The translations under genes and the position numbers were made by a program. A stretch of 64,000 bases of DNA from assembly GCA_951406725.2 (NCBI GenBank), contig OX597814.1, positions 11,594,001 to 11,658,000 of the forward strand, read 5' to 3'. The stretch is from Octopus vulgaris (lineage: Eukaryota). The notes beneath the pieces are model-generated. The model saw only the letters and a program-made list of their open reading frames with translations. It searched no databases and was not told the DNA's origin. This document shows positions 54,083 to 64,000 of this stretch, piece by piece (position 1 is the stretch's first letter; every line of letters begins with the position of its first letter).

Positions 54083-55199
54083 TACGACAGGCTTCTTTCA
54101 GTTTCCATCTACCAAATCCACTCACAAGGCATTGGTCGGCCCGAGGCTATAGTAGAAGACACTTGCCCAAGGTGCCACGCAGTGGGACTGAACCCGGAAC
54201 CATATGGTTGGTTAGCAAGCTACTTACCACATAGCCACTCCTGTGCCTATGTGTATGTGTATAAAATTATTAAAGTGGCTAGATGCAGTTTAAAACCAAA
54301 AGGCACTAATACAATTACCACTAAAAGTGACTAAGCATGCAAGTCAGCACCAGCATTGCTAGAAATAGATAGATATATCACGTAAAAAAGCACCGTCCGA
54401 ACGTGGCAGATGCCAGCGCCGCCTGACTGGCGTCCGTGTCAGTGACACATAAAAGCTCCAACCGATCGTGGCCGTTTGCCAGCCTCCTCTGGCCTCTGTG
54501 CCGGTGGCACGTAAAAAGCACCCACTACACTCACGGAGTGGTTGGCGTTAGGAAGGGCATCCAGCTGTAGAAACACTGCCAGATCAGACTGGAGCCTGGT
54601 GCAGCCTCCTGGCTTCCCAGACCCCCAGTCGAACCGTCCAACCCATGCTAAGCATGGAAAACGGGCGTTAAACGATGATGATGATGATCCTCATCATCAT
54701 CATTTAATGTCCATTTTCCATAATACAGTTCTATATTTAAGAGACAAGGAATTATTTACATTATTTACATTCGACGGATATTTGTCCTCATCTTGTTTGG
54801 TGTTAACAGCAAACAAGATGAGGACAAATATCCGTCGAACGTAAATAATGTCCATTTTCCATGCTGACATGGGTTTGACGGTTTGACAGGAGCTGATCAG
54901 CTGAAGGGCTGTTCAGGCTCCATGTCTGTTTTAGCATGGTTTCTATGGCTGGATGCCCTTCCTAACACACACACATGCACACATAAATACATACACATAC
55001 ACAAACAAGACTCACTTATATATATATCTATATTTGTTGCTACTTACTTATCTGATGTGTATGTCATTGACTTGTTTTGGTGTGTTGGGATATTAGGCAG
55101 CATGTCGGCAACAACATTTTCAAAGTTTTGCATCGACGTCGTTTTGAGCTGCGAGCACAGAATCGTCTCTCCCCTACAAATGCAACTGTAATGAATCAT
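41953..55199 (-). CDS. VAMP7: Spliced gene: longin-domain R-SNARE (VAMP7-like, with VAMP8/endobrevin-like SNARE and TM region), 233 aa, 5 coding exons: 55199-55048, 50399-50303, 46664-46563, 44515-44357, 42144-41953
   Basis: Exons of 152+97+102+159+192=702 nt join in frame with GT..AG introns. Product: MIHYSCICRGETILCSQ...TYTSDNYSFHCKVENGILFLCVAD...FLLEIKNTF (longin fold pattern), LQSQVNEVKGILTQNIEKVLERGDRLDDLMDKT (R-SNARE motif with zero-layer Arg), KKFWWKNTKM plus a hydrophobic TM segment. An in-frame TAA lies upstream of the ATG. The symbol denotes the family; exact orthology (VAMP7 vs Vamp7-like/VAMP8) is unresolved. Confidence 0.93.
42240..42670 (+). mobile_element. SINE family A, full-length copy in the last VAMP intron
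   Basis: Complete head, internal microsatellite and tail. Confidence 0.9.
43458..43847 (-). mobile_element. Non-autonomous Helitron
   Basis: On -: 5' TC-TATATAAAGCTGAAG..., subterminal hairpin CTCGAGCAACACCGGG, 3' CTAG followed by T; second copy at 57763-58152. Confidence 0.8.
44357..44515 (-). CDS. VAMP7: VAMP7-like coding exon 4 (R-SNARE motif)
   Basis: Acceptor cattctctaaag, ETFSKPGAGSGISHLQSQVNEVKGILTQNIEKVLERGDRLDDLMDKTYELEEQ, donor GTTAGT; 159 nt. Confidence 0.95.
46563..46664 (-). CDS. VAMP7: VAMP7-like coding exon 3 (longin C-terminal helices)
   Basis: Acceptor ttcttttcatag, IKNTFLNGRLAARASSAFSHEFDRDFGQVLQREM, donor GTATTT; 102 nt, phase 0/0. Confidence 0.9.
47640..47990 (+). mobile_element. 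Decayed RTE-type reverse transcriptase C-terminal fragment
   Basis: NVFHRWCFRNILKI...NEIMKKA resembles the RTE motif FHxRCLRxILxIxWxDxxxNxEVL. Confidence 0.5.
50303..50399 (-). CDS. VAMP7: VAMP7-like coding exon 2 (longin)
   Basis: Acceptor tttcttttccag, (N)YSFHCKVENGILFLCVADPNMGKQGPHSFLLE, donor GTAAGA; 97 nt, phases 2/0 fit. Confidence 0.92.
51841..52060. mobile_element. piggyBac-like MITE
   Basis: TCCTTTAGTATTCAG...AATGCTAAGGGG|TTAA; reverse-complement homolog of 15022-15242. Confidence 0.65.
52277..52576. mobile_element. Fold-back element related to the 21900-22413 element, with a 13-bp TSD
   Basis: Arms 52331-52449 and 52458-52577; TSD TAAAAATTAAAAT at 52264-52276 and 52577-52589; uninterrupted paralogous site at 49476-49570. 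Confidence 0.8.
55048..55199 (-). CDS. VAMP7: VAMP7-like coding exon 1 (longin N-terminus; exon begins at 55223 with 24 nt of 5' UTR)
   Basis: Acceptor tttgttttacag at 55224, ATG at 55199, MIHYSCICRGETILCSQLKTTSMQNFENVVADMLPNIPTHQNKSMTYTSD, donor GTAAGT at 55047 (phase 2). Not in the ORF track. Confidence 0.9.
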
Positions 55200-55534
55200 T
55201 TTCCCTTCTTTTGACACTTAACCCTGTAAAACAAAACAGAAAAAAAATACAGTCACAACAAGAATATTAATTTATATAATTTTTAAGGATTATATATATA
55301 TATATATATATATATATTAACAATTGAGGATAAAATCTTTAAAAGAAATTATCAGTAGTTAGCATGAAAAACCTCGTAAGAGAAAAAAATCCATAAATTT
55401 TTCCACTTTGAAAATATTTATTTATATTATATTGAGGGTACTACTATTCGTAGATACCATACGCTAAGAGGGACCAATGCGTATTGGTTCCCTCTTAGCG
55501 TATGGTATCTACGAATAGTAGTACCCTCAATATA

Positions 55535-55566
<32 letters not shown>

Positions 55567-56549
55567 GAACAGTGATCGTTACCAGCGTCGCCTTACTGGT
55601 GCTTGTGCCTGAGGCACATGAAAAAACATTCAAGCAAGGTCATTGCCAGTGCCGCTGGACTGACTCCTGTGCAGGTGGCACGTTAAAAAAGCACCATTTT
55701 TGAGCGTGGCTGTTGCCATAACCACCAGACTGGCCCTCGTGTCGGTGGTACATAAAAAGCACCCATTACACTCTCGGAGTGGTTGGCGTTAGGAAGGGGA
55801 TCCAGCTGTAGAAACTCTGCCAGATCAAGAGTGGAGCCTGGCACAGCCATCTGGTTCGCCAGTCCTCAGTCAAATTGTCCAACCCATGCTAGCATGGAAA
55901 GCGAAAGTTAAATGATGATGATGATGATATATGCACACACACACACAACCATATACCAAGTTTGCACAATACAAATTAGAGAATTAGAACTCAGCATGTG
56001 AAATAGAGTACATCATCATCATCATTATCATCAATTAATGTCCATCTTCCATGCATGCATGGGTAGGGTGGTTCACAGGAGCTGGCCCGGTAGAAAAACT
56101 ACCCGATGCTATAGTGTCTGTTTTGGCAGGGTTTTTACTGTTGGATGCCCTTCCTAATATCAACCACTCTGCAGAGTGAACTCAGTACTTTTTATGTGGC
56201 ACTAGCACAGGCAAGGTTACTTTAGACATTATTTTTACAGCACAATGTTCTTCCAAATACCAACCACATTACAGTGTGAACTGCATGCTTTTAACGTCGC
56301 ACCAGCACTGGCAGGGTCATCAAGTAACTCACAAGACAAGGAATTATGAGAGGGGCACTAATGTCAGAGGATGAATGGTTATTTATTTATTAGTTGTGAA
56401 GCTAAATTAGTTACAAGAGGGCCTAGAGTTTTGTGCAACAACACTTATCAAACCAAAAACTAGCTTCTAGTTTGATACATGTAATAGCACAAAACTTCAG
56501 GTGCTTAAGTCACTTTTGTAGCTTCAGACATAAACATGTATACATATAG

Positions 56550-57335
56550 TGCCAGTGGCACACAAGAAAACTATCCGAACGTGGCCGTAGCCAGTACCGC
56601 ATCGACTGGCCTCCGTGCTGTGGGCAAGTAACAAACACCATCCGATCATGGCCGTTTCGCCAGCCTCATCTGGCACCTGTGTCGGTGGCACATAAAAACA
56701 CCATCCGAAGACCCGGCAAGACTAGTCAGGCCATAACCCGTGGCCCCTACCTGGGACGTAGTCAGTCCACCTGTGCATACCTTCCTTCTTGTGACACTTG
56801 TGAAGACCTGTTGAGGCAAGTGAAAATCAATCAAAACAAATCAAATTAGATGAACATCAATGGAATTTGTATCTTTGTGGTACCAGTACCGGTGGCACAC
56901 AAGAAAACCATCCGAACGTGGCCGTAGCCAGTAGCGCATCGACTGGCCTCCGTGCTGCGGGCACGTAACAAACACCATCCGATTGTGGCCGTTCGCCAGC
57001 CTCATCTGGCACCTGTGTCGGTGGCACATAAAAACACCATCCGAGCGTGGCCGTCTGCCAGCCTCGTCTGGCACTTGTGTCGGTGGCACATAAAAAACAC
57101 CATCCGAGCGTGGCCGTTCACCAGCCTCGTCTGGCACCTGTGTCGGTGGCACATAAAATCACCCACTACACTCTCGGAGTGGTTGGCGTTAGGAAGGGCA
57201 TCCAGCTGTAGAAACACTGCCAGATCTGACTGGCCTGGTGCAGCCTTCGGGCTCCTCAGACCCCAGTTGAACCGTCCAACCCATGCTAGCATGGAAAACG
57301 GACGCTAAATGAATGATGATGATGATGATGATGAT
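56550..57335 (+). mobile_element. RTE-like 3'-end element with ~55-62-bp tandem units and a (GAT)n tail (longest copy)
   Basis: Repeated GTGCCGGTGGCACRTAAAAARCACCATCCGA units, then GGCGTTAGGAAGGGCATCCAGCTGTAGAAA...GGACGTTAAACGATGATGAT. Other copies: ~15504-15812, 31330-31800, 42745-42963, 45190-45690, 46745-47182, 54378-54688, 55570-55928, 59410-59675 (+); 54850-54965, 56010-56330, 62963-63091 (-). Confidence 0.8.
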
Positions 57336-57762
57336 ATATATATATATATATACACACACAAGCATATGCAAATATGATGAAGCTCCTTGTTTCTGATTGG
57401 TTTTATTACCAAATATGATTAATAGTATCAATGGCAATACCATATAACACTGGAAGCAGAAACAGCTGTTAGATGGAATGCAGTCTATTTGCATTGAATT
57501 CATAAATAATAATTGATGTAAGTCAATTGTTGTTAATCAATACTTATCCATTTTCTGTTTTCTTTAAATTTCGATGCTTGGTAGACCCATGTTTATCCTT
57601 GTCTTTACCTATAACTTACGAGCATAATATGTTTGCATATGTACATCCATGGTGAAATACAGGTAATATACCGGTAGTGTAATGAGTACTTCTATCTCTC
57701 AGACAGTTATTTTGACCTCTAACTCAAATAACCTTATATAAAAGCATATATATATATATATA

Positions 57763-58152
57763 CTAACAGTATAGCCCGGCATTGCTCGGGTTTGTTTTCT
57801 TTTCAACCCTTCAGAATTGGAATTTTTGAAAAGTAAAAATTTTGCATTAAGTAGCTTGTTATTCTCTTTAAGTGAACATTTTTCTGGTTGAAATACACCG
57901 AAAAATGGCAACACAGCAGTCAAAAAAATCATAAAAAATAGGGATTTTCATAGAAAAAAAGCACCTTTTTGATGTAAATAATTTTTGGTTTTAACATGGT
58001 CCGATTTGAATTTTTTCTTCTACAGAATGAAGAGCAAGTCTTCTATCATACTCTCAAATTTGGTCAACTTGCACCGCAGGGTCTCAGAGGAGATAGTGTT
58101 AGTTAAAGGCTACCAAACTTGCCACACACACACAACTTCAGCTTTATATATA
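57763..58152 (-). mobile_element. Non-autonomous Helitron (second copy)
   Basis: Co-linear with 43458-43847; hairpin CCCGGCATTGCTCGGG at 57775-57790. Confidence 0.8.
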
Positions 58153-58162
58153 AAAATTTATA

Positions 58163-59675
58163 TATCTTAATATTTCCATTCGTTGTTACTACGTTTATTC
58201 ATACATTGTTACGAAAATTTAACCTTTTAAGGCTACTTTCAAGCCTTCGCCATAACTTGATTTATCTTTCTATCTCTCTCTCTACAAAATTTAACCTTAG
58301 GCGAGGCTACCTCAAGCCGTAATTCCATCTCTTCCCATCTCTTCCCATCTTTCAGCCATCTTTCAGCCATCTTTCCGCCAGTGGCGGTCTTTTTTCCTCC
58401 TCTTACCATTACGATTCTACAATTTAAATTCCCAATTCAACTAACTTACTTCTTAAATTTCAACTCCCGATCGATGTCCGCAGCAAGTTCTTTAAAAATT
58501 TATCTTAATATTTCCATTCGTTGTTACTACGTTTATTCATACATTGTTACGAAAATTTAACCTTTTAAGGCTACTTTCAAGCCTTCGCCATAACTTGATT
58601 TATCTTTCTATCTCTCTCTCTACAAAATTTAACCTTAGGCGAGGCTACCTCAAGCCGTAATTCCATCTCTTCCCATCTCTTCCCATCTTTCAGCCATCTT
58701 TCAGCCATCTTTCCGCCAGTGGCGGTGCGCCCGCCCCCCCACCCCCACCACCAATACCGGTGAACACTGTTCTCACCGCCAACACCACCAATACTGGTGA
58801 ACACTGTTCCTCACCCCCCACCACCAATACCAGTATACCCTGTCCTCACCATCTACACCGGATACGCCTTACTCATCTACACCGGGTAAGCCCTACTCCC
58901 TCCTCCTCCCCCCACTACCCCTTCTCCTCATATGCTTTCACTGTGAAAAGACAAGCTGCTAGCGCCATAGCTCATCAACTGCCCACCGATCTTACGCTTC
59001 CTCCGGACACTGCTTCATTCCGACTATCCCCCTTTAGCACCCTCCCGCCTCGTAATATCCTACGTTTTTATTTCTTAGGAACCTACACCAACCCTTCCTG
59101 CCATCGTTCCTCCTTACCCCAACCTTCCCCACTGGTTGCTCCCCTATATTACCCACCTCAACTGGACCCCCCCTCCCCAACTCAACTCTAGAATATCTGT
59201 ATTCTTTCCTCTACCTAATAACGTTACTCAGTGACGATAACGAATGTCTTTATTTCTTAGGAACCTACACCAACCCTTCCTTACTCAGTGACGATAAATG
59301 CTGTGACTACAAAGACCTGGGCTGCTTTCTGCAGCAATTCCACATACCCCCTACTCATTCTAAGTACCCCAGATCCCCAAAGTACCCTGGATCCCCAAAG
59401 TACCCCGGACCTCGTTGCCCCCGTGCCGCTGACACGTTAAAATGCTCGAACCGATCGTGACGATGCCGGACCCTCCGGCCCCTGTGCAGGTGGCACGTAA
59501 AAAGCACCCAATCCACTCACGGAGTGGTTGGCGTTAGGAAGGGCATCCAGCCGTAGAAACTCTGCCAGATTCAGACTGGAGCCTGGTGCGGCCCCTGGCT
59601 TCCCAGACCCGGTCAAACCGTCCAACCCGTGCTAGCGCGGAAAGCGGACGTTAAACGATGATGATGATGATGATG
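58163..59675 (+). mobile_element. Putative non-autonomous LINE derivative: tandemly repeated 5' region joined to an RTE-like 3' end
   Basis: 226-bp direct repeats 58163-58388 / 58501-58726, C-rich middle, 18-bp repeats at 59364-59410, family tail ending (GAT)n at 59675. Confidence 0.5.
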
Positions 59676-60212
59676 AATTTCTAGCTGTAGAACTCAAAGT
59701 ATATCAAGCTATAACTAATAGCATGTAAATATTACATTAAAAAATTTTTTGTGTACTATTTACTTATATAAGGATTTATATGTGAAAGCATGTGGCTTAG
59801 TGATTAGGTATTCAGCTTATGATCATAACGTCATGAGTTCAATTCCTGGCAATGTATTGTGTCTTTGAGCAAGACACTTTATTACCCATCGCTACAGTCC
59901 ACTCAGCTGGCAAAAATGAGTTGCACCTATATTTTGAAGGGCCACACTGCTAGGGGCATGTGCATCTGTTGAGTGCTCAACCATTTGCATGTTCATTTCA
60001 CAAGCAAACTATTCCAGTGATCAACTTAACTGGAACATGCATCATCATAACCAACAGACAGAGTGTCAGTAAATAAAGAAGGAATTTATATTATTTATAG
60101 TTTAGCCTACTTCAAGTTCTGCACCTAAAAACAAATGATTTCACATTCTCTTAAAGTCTCTAAAAAAATAAATGACATAAACAATATACGTATGTATAAA
60201 TACAAGTGTGTG

Positions 60213-60219
<7 letters not shown>

Positions 60220-60258
<39 letters not shown>

Positions 60259-60330
60259 AGAGAAAGAGAGAGGGAGAGAGAGATAGAGAGAAAGAGAGAG
60301 AGGGAGAGAGAGAGAGAAAGAGAGAGGGAA

Positions 60331-60368
<38 letters not shown>

Positions 60369-60552
60369 GGAGAGACAGAGAGAAAGAGGGAGAGAGAAAG
60401 AGGGAGAGAAAGAAAGAGGGAGAGAGAGAAAGAAGGAGAGAGAGAAAGAGGGAGAGAGAGAAAGAAAGAGGGAGAGAGAGAAAGAGGGAGAGAGAGAGAA
60501 AGAGGGAGAGAGAGAGAAAGAGGGAGAGAGAGAGAAAGAGGGAGAGAGAGAG
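60220..60552. repeat. (GA)n tract with 18-bp GAGAGAGAGAAAGAGGGA units
   Basis: Direct reading. Confidence 0.95.
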
Positions 60553-62386
60553 TGAGTGGTTGAATTAAATTCTAATTCAATGAAAGTTTTTATTCTCCTG
60601 AAATGCACCATAAAAATATTTGAACCTTCTTAAACAAGTAACTCTTATCGGCTGCTTTACATTCTGTCCCGTCTCTGTCAGTTTGTGTATGGTATATGTA
60701 TGTGGTATGTGAGTATGTAGTGTGTCTGCATATCATGTGTACAAATAAGGTTATCTGTGTCATGTATGTGTGTAGTATAGTGTGTTTGTGTGTGTATGTG
60801 TGTGTGTGTGTGTGTGTGTGTAATGTAGTCTGTGCCATCAACTTATGATTACTGACCTCTTCAGGCAAGAAAGGTCAACACTTTTGTGAAAAAAGATTAA
60901 ATTGTTGCTATTACAGTTTAGCCCCAGGATCAGTTCTAATAGAACAAACCAAGGATCAAAGACCATTTCCCTTTTGGAGAGGAGAGCATTCCAGGCATTG
61001 TATGGGTAGAATGCCTCCATATTTGAAGATGGTATGGAATGACATGAAGGCAACTCGGTCGCTATTTGTAGCAGGTCAAGTGAGTACATAGTGTCTCTAT
61101 CACTATCATCTATGTAATTGTTACCAGTCACACACTTCCCTAGGGTCCTCAGCCCCTGATGGATGCCGTTGTAGAGGCACAGGTGTGACGTACAGTGTTG
61201 TGTGTATATAAACCAGGTGACAATGCGAGACACACACACATACACACAAAGAGAAAGACAGAGACAGACAGACAGACAGAGAAGAAGAATGTGTGAAACC
61301 TAATACCGTCAGAGCTGATTAAGTTCTGAAAGGAAAAGCTGATCTCTCTTTACTCTTTACTCTTTTACTTGTTTCAGTCATTTGATTGCAGCCATGCTGG
61401 AGCACCGCCTTTAATCGAGCAACTCGACCCCGGGACTTATTCTTTTGCAAGCCCAGTACTTATTCTATCGGTCTCTTTCGCCGAACCGCTAAGTAATGGG
61501 GACATAAACACACCAGCATCGGTTGTCAAGCAATGCTAGGGGGACAAACACAGACACACAAACACACACACATACATATATATATATACGACAGGCTTCT
61601 TTCAGCTTCCGTCTACCAAATCCACTCACAAGGCATTGGCCGGCCCGAGGCTATAGCAGAAGACACTTGCACAAGATGCCATGCAGTGGGACTGAACCTG
61701 GAACCATGTGGTTGGTAAACAAGCTACTTACCACACAGCCACTCCTGTGCCTATCTCTGTATAATTTGAACTCAAAACATAGAGTCCAGATTCAATACTG
61801 CAAGATATGTTGTCCAATGTATTAATGGGTCACCTATTTCAATGCCTTACATATGCACTAATGGAATTAAAAGAAGAAAGACAAACAGGATTAAACAAAA
61901 CAGGAGGATACACGTGGGATGGAAGAGATACTGAAGAGGTCACAGATGTGACAAAAGATTTCCAGACAATGGACGTATGATAAAAATCTACTATAATAAT
62001 ACTCTTGTGTTATTATAGAGAGAGGAAGGGGTGATAGATGAATAAGGAAGGAAAGGGTGATGGCAAATTGGTAGTGGGAGTGTTTCAACTTTGAGTATAT
62101 GTGTATGTAAAAGGGAGGTATATGAATGTTTGTGTGTGCGCACATGTGTGTGTGTGTGTGTGTGTGCAATGGAAGTGGGATGGTGAACGTTCAACACTGA
62201 AAGGAAAAATCAAACAGCGTTTCAACTCTATGAGTATATGCTTGTATGTGTGTGCATGTACAAGGGAAGTATGTGAATGTTTGTATGTGTGAACCAGCAT
62301 TCTTTCAATAACAGACGACGATCGATGTCACATCTCAAAAGACAACCACTAGATAACATTGACAAGCGTATTAATTTGATTTACCA

Positions 62387-62448
62387 TCTATATTTATATA
62401 TAAAATAATACAATTAGCCGTCATTTTTGACGGCACAGGGCCAGCTAG
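62387..62448 (+). mobile_element. Miniature 62-bp Helitron-like element
   Basis: A|TCTATATTTATATA...GCCGTCA tttt TGACGGC acagggccag CTAG|T. Confidence 0.65.
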
Positions 62449-63090
62449 TAAGAACAAAAAATAAACAAGTGAAGAATTAATATATAGTGTGTGTGTTTAT
62501 TTGGCAAGAAAAAAAAATGACCATACCAAAATATAAGAATTAGAAAAGGAAATACCAATACAGTTAACTTGGTAGTGATTCAATAACCATTGACCTTTTT
62601 GGTTCTTTGGTCTGTCATTGGTGGATTGGCACAGAAGCAGTAGATAGGCAGAATCATTAGATTGTCAGAGAAACTACTTTGCTATTTCGTCTGTCTTTAC
62701 GTTCTGAGTTCAAATTCTACCGAGGTTGACTTTGCCTTTCATCATTTTGGGGTCGATAAATTAAGTACCAGTTGCGTACTGGGATCGATCTAATTGACTG
62801 GTCCCCCTCCCGCAAATTCTCAGGCCTTGTGCCTAGAGTAGAAAAGAAAAACTACTTTGCAACATTTGCTTCAGCTCTTTACTCCTTCAGCATTCAGATT
62901 ACAAAGGGGACAAAGGGGACAAATACAGACACAAATAAATACACACGCACACACACACACACATCATCATCATCATCATCATCATCGTTTAACGTCCGCT
63001 TTCCATGCTAGCATGGGTTGGACGTTTCAACTGGGGTCTGGGAAGCCCGATGGCTGCACCAGGCCAGTCAGATCTGGCAGTGTTTCTACA

Positions 63091-63121
<31 letters not shown>

Positions 63122-63474
63122 CGACAGGCTTCTTTCAGTTTCCATCAACCAAATCCACTCACAAGGCTTTGGTCAGCCCAAGGTTATAGTAGAAGACACT
63201 TGCCCAAGGTGCCATACAGTGGGAACGAACCCAGAACCAGGCTTCTTACCACACAACCACTCCTCACACACAAGAAATGGATGTGCTCTTTCCTCGTCAG
63301 TTACCATCCAAAAAGTTATTACAACTTCATGCCTTTAACATTAATACAAATCATTTTTGGGGACATCATCAGCAAAAAGCTGTTTGGAATAGTGAGTGAA
63401 CGTTGAAGGACAATGACAAACACAAACACAGCACATACATGTAAATATACAAACAAAATAAACAATATAGGCAT

Positions 63475-63878
63475 AGGAGTGGCTGTGTGGTAAGTAGCTT
63501 GCTTACCTGCCACCTGGTTCCAGGTTCAGTCCCACTGTGTGGCACCTTGGGCAAGTGTCTTCTACTACAGCCTCGGGCCAACCAAAGCCTTGTGAGTGGA
63601 CTTGGTAGACAGAAACTGAAAGAAGCCCGTCGTATATATGTATATGTATATATATATATATGTGTGTATGTATGTGTATGTTTGTGTGTTTGTCCCCCCA
63701 ACATTGCTTGACAACCGATACTGGTGTGATCACGTCCCCGTAACTTAGCGGTTTGGCAAAAGAAACCGATAGAATAAGTACTAGGCTTACAAAGAATAAG
63801 TCCTGGGGTCGATTTACTCAACTGAAGGTGGTGCTCCAGCATGGCTACAGTCAAATGACTGAAACAAGTAAAAGAGTA
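63475..63878 (+). mobile_element. SINE family A, full-length copy
   Basis: Complete head, internal microsatellite and tail. Confidence 0.9.
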
Positions 63879-64000
63879 ATATACAAACAAAAGAATACAT
63901 AACAGGCTTTTTTTTCAGTTTCTGTCTACCAAATCCACTCATGAGACTTTGGTCAGCCAAGGGTTATAGATGAAGACACCTGCCTGAGGTGCCACGCAAT

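Noticed and set aside
56880-57160. Regularly spaced GGTGGCAC..AAAA..CACCATCCGA repeats that superficially resemble a CRISPR array
   Set aside because: The intervening sequences are homologous to each other (tandem units, not unique spacers), there are no cas genes, and the context is a eukaryotic retro-element.
61931-61965. CTGAAGA-G-GTCACA-ga-TGTGAC-AAAA hammerhead-like string
   Set aside because: GAAA is mutated and no convincing stem I can be formed; possibly a decayed copy but not supportable alone.
55224-64000. Non-coding first exon and promoter of the VAMP gene
   Set aside because: An upstream exon is implied by the acceptor at 55224, but it cannot be located from sequence alone and may lie outside the window.

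Overview
AT-rich, repeat-saturated eukaryotic genomic DNA. The SINE families and extreme microsatellite density suggest an octopus or other coleoid cephalopod (inference). One protein-coding gene can be assembled. It is a minus-strand, 5-coding-exon, 233-aa longin-domain R-SNARE (CDS 55199->41953) with a VAMP7-type N-terminus and a SNARE/TM half that closely resembles VAMP8/endobrevin. The rest is mobile DNA: three tRNA-derived SINE families, an RTE-like 3'-end family with an internal ~60-bp VNTR, R4-, CR1- and RTE-type LINE fragments, Penelope GIY-YIG remnants, Tc1/mariner elements and MITEs, piggyBac- and hAT-like MITEs, and Helitrons. Nearly all long ORFs in the track are microsatellite artefacts. 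The most notable unannotated signal is a set of minimal hammerhead-ribozyme motifs. One has an intact core (7821-7919), and two lie in mirror image inside a 226-bp-arm palindromic insert (21948-22413). A related fold-back element has a 13-bp TSD and an empty-site paralog in the same window. One SINE family also forms head+(body)n multimers with a fixed junction and inserts repeatedly at one site in another SINE. All coordinates were read by eye, and repeat boundaries are approximate unless termini or TSDs are cited.
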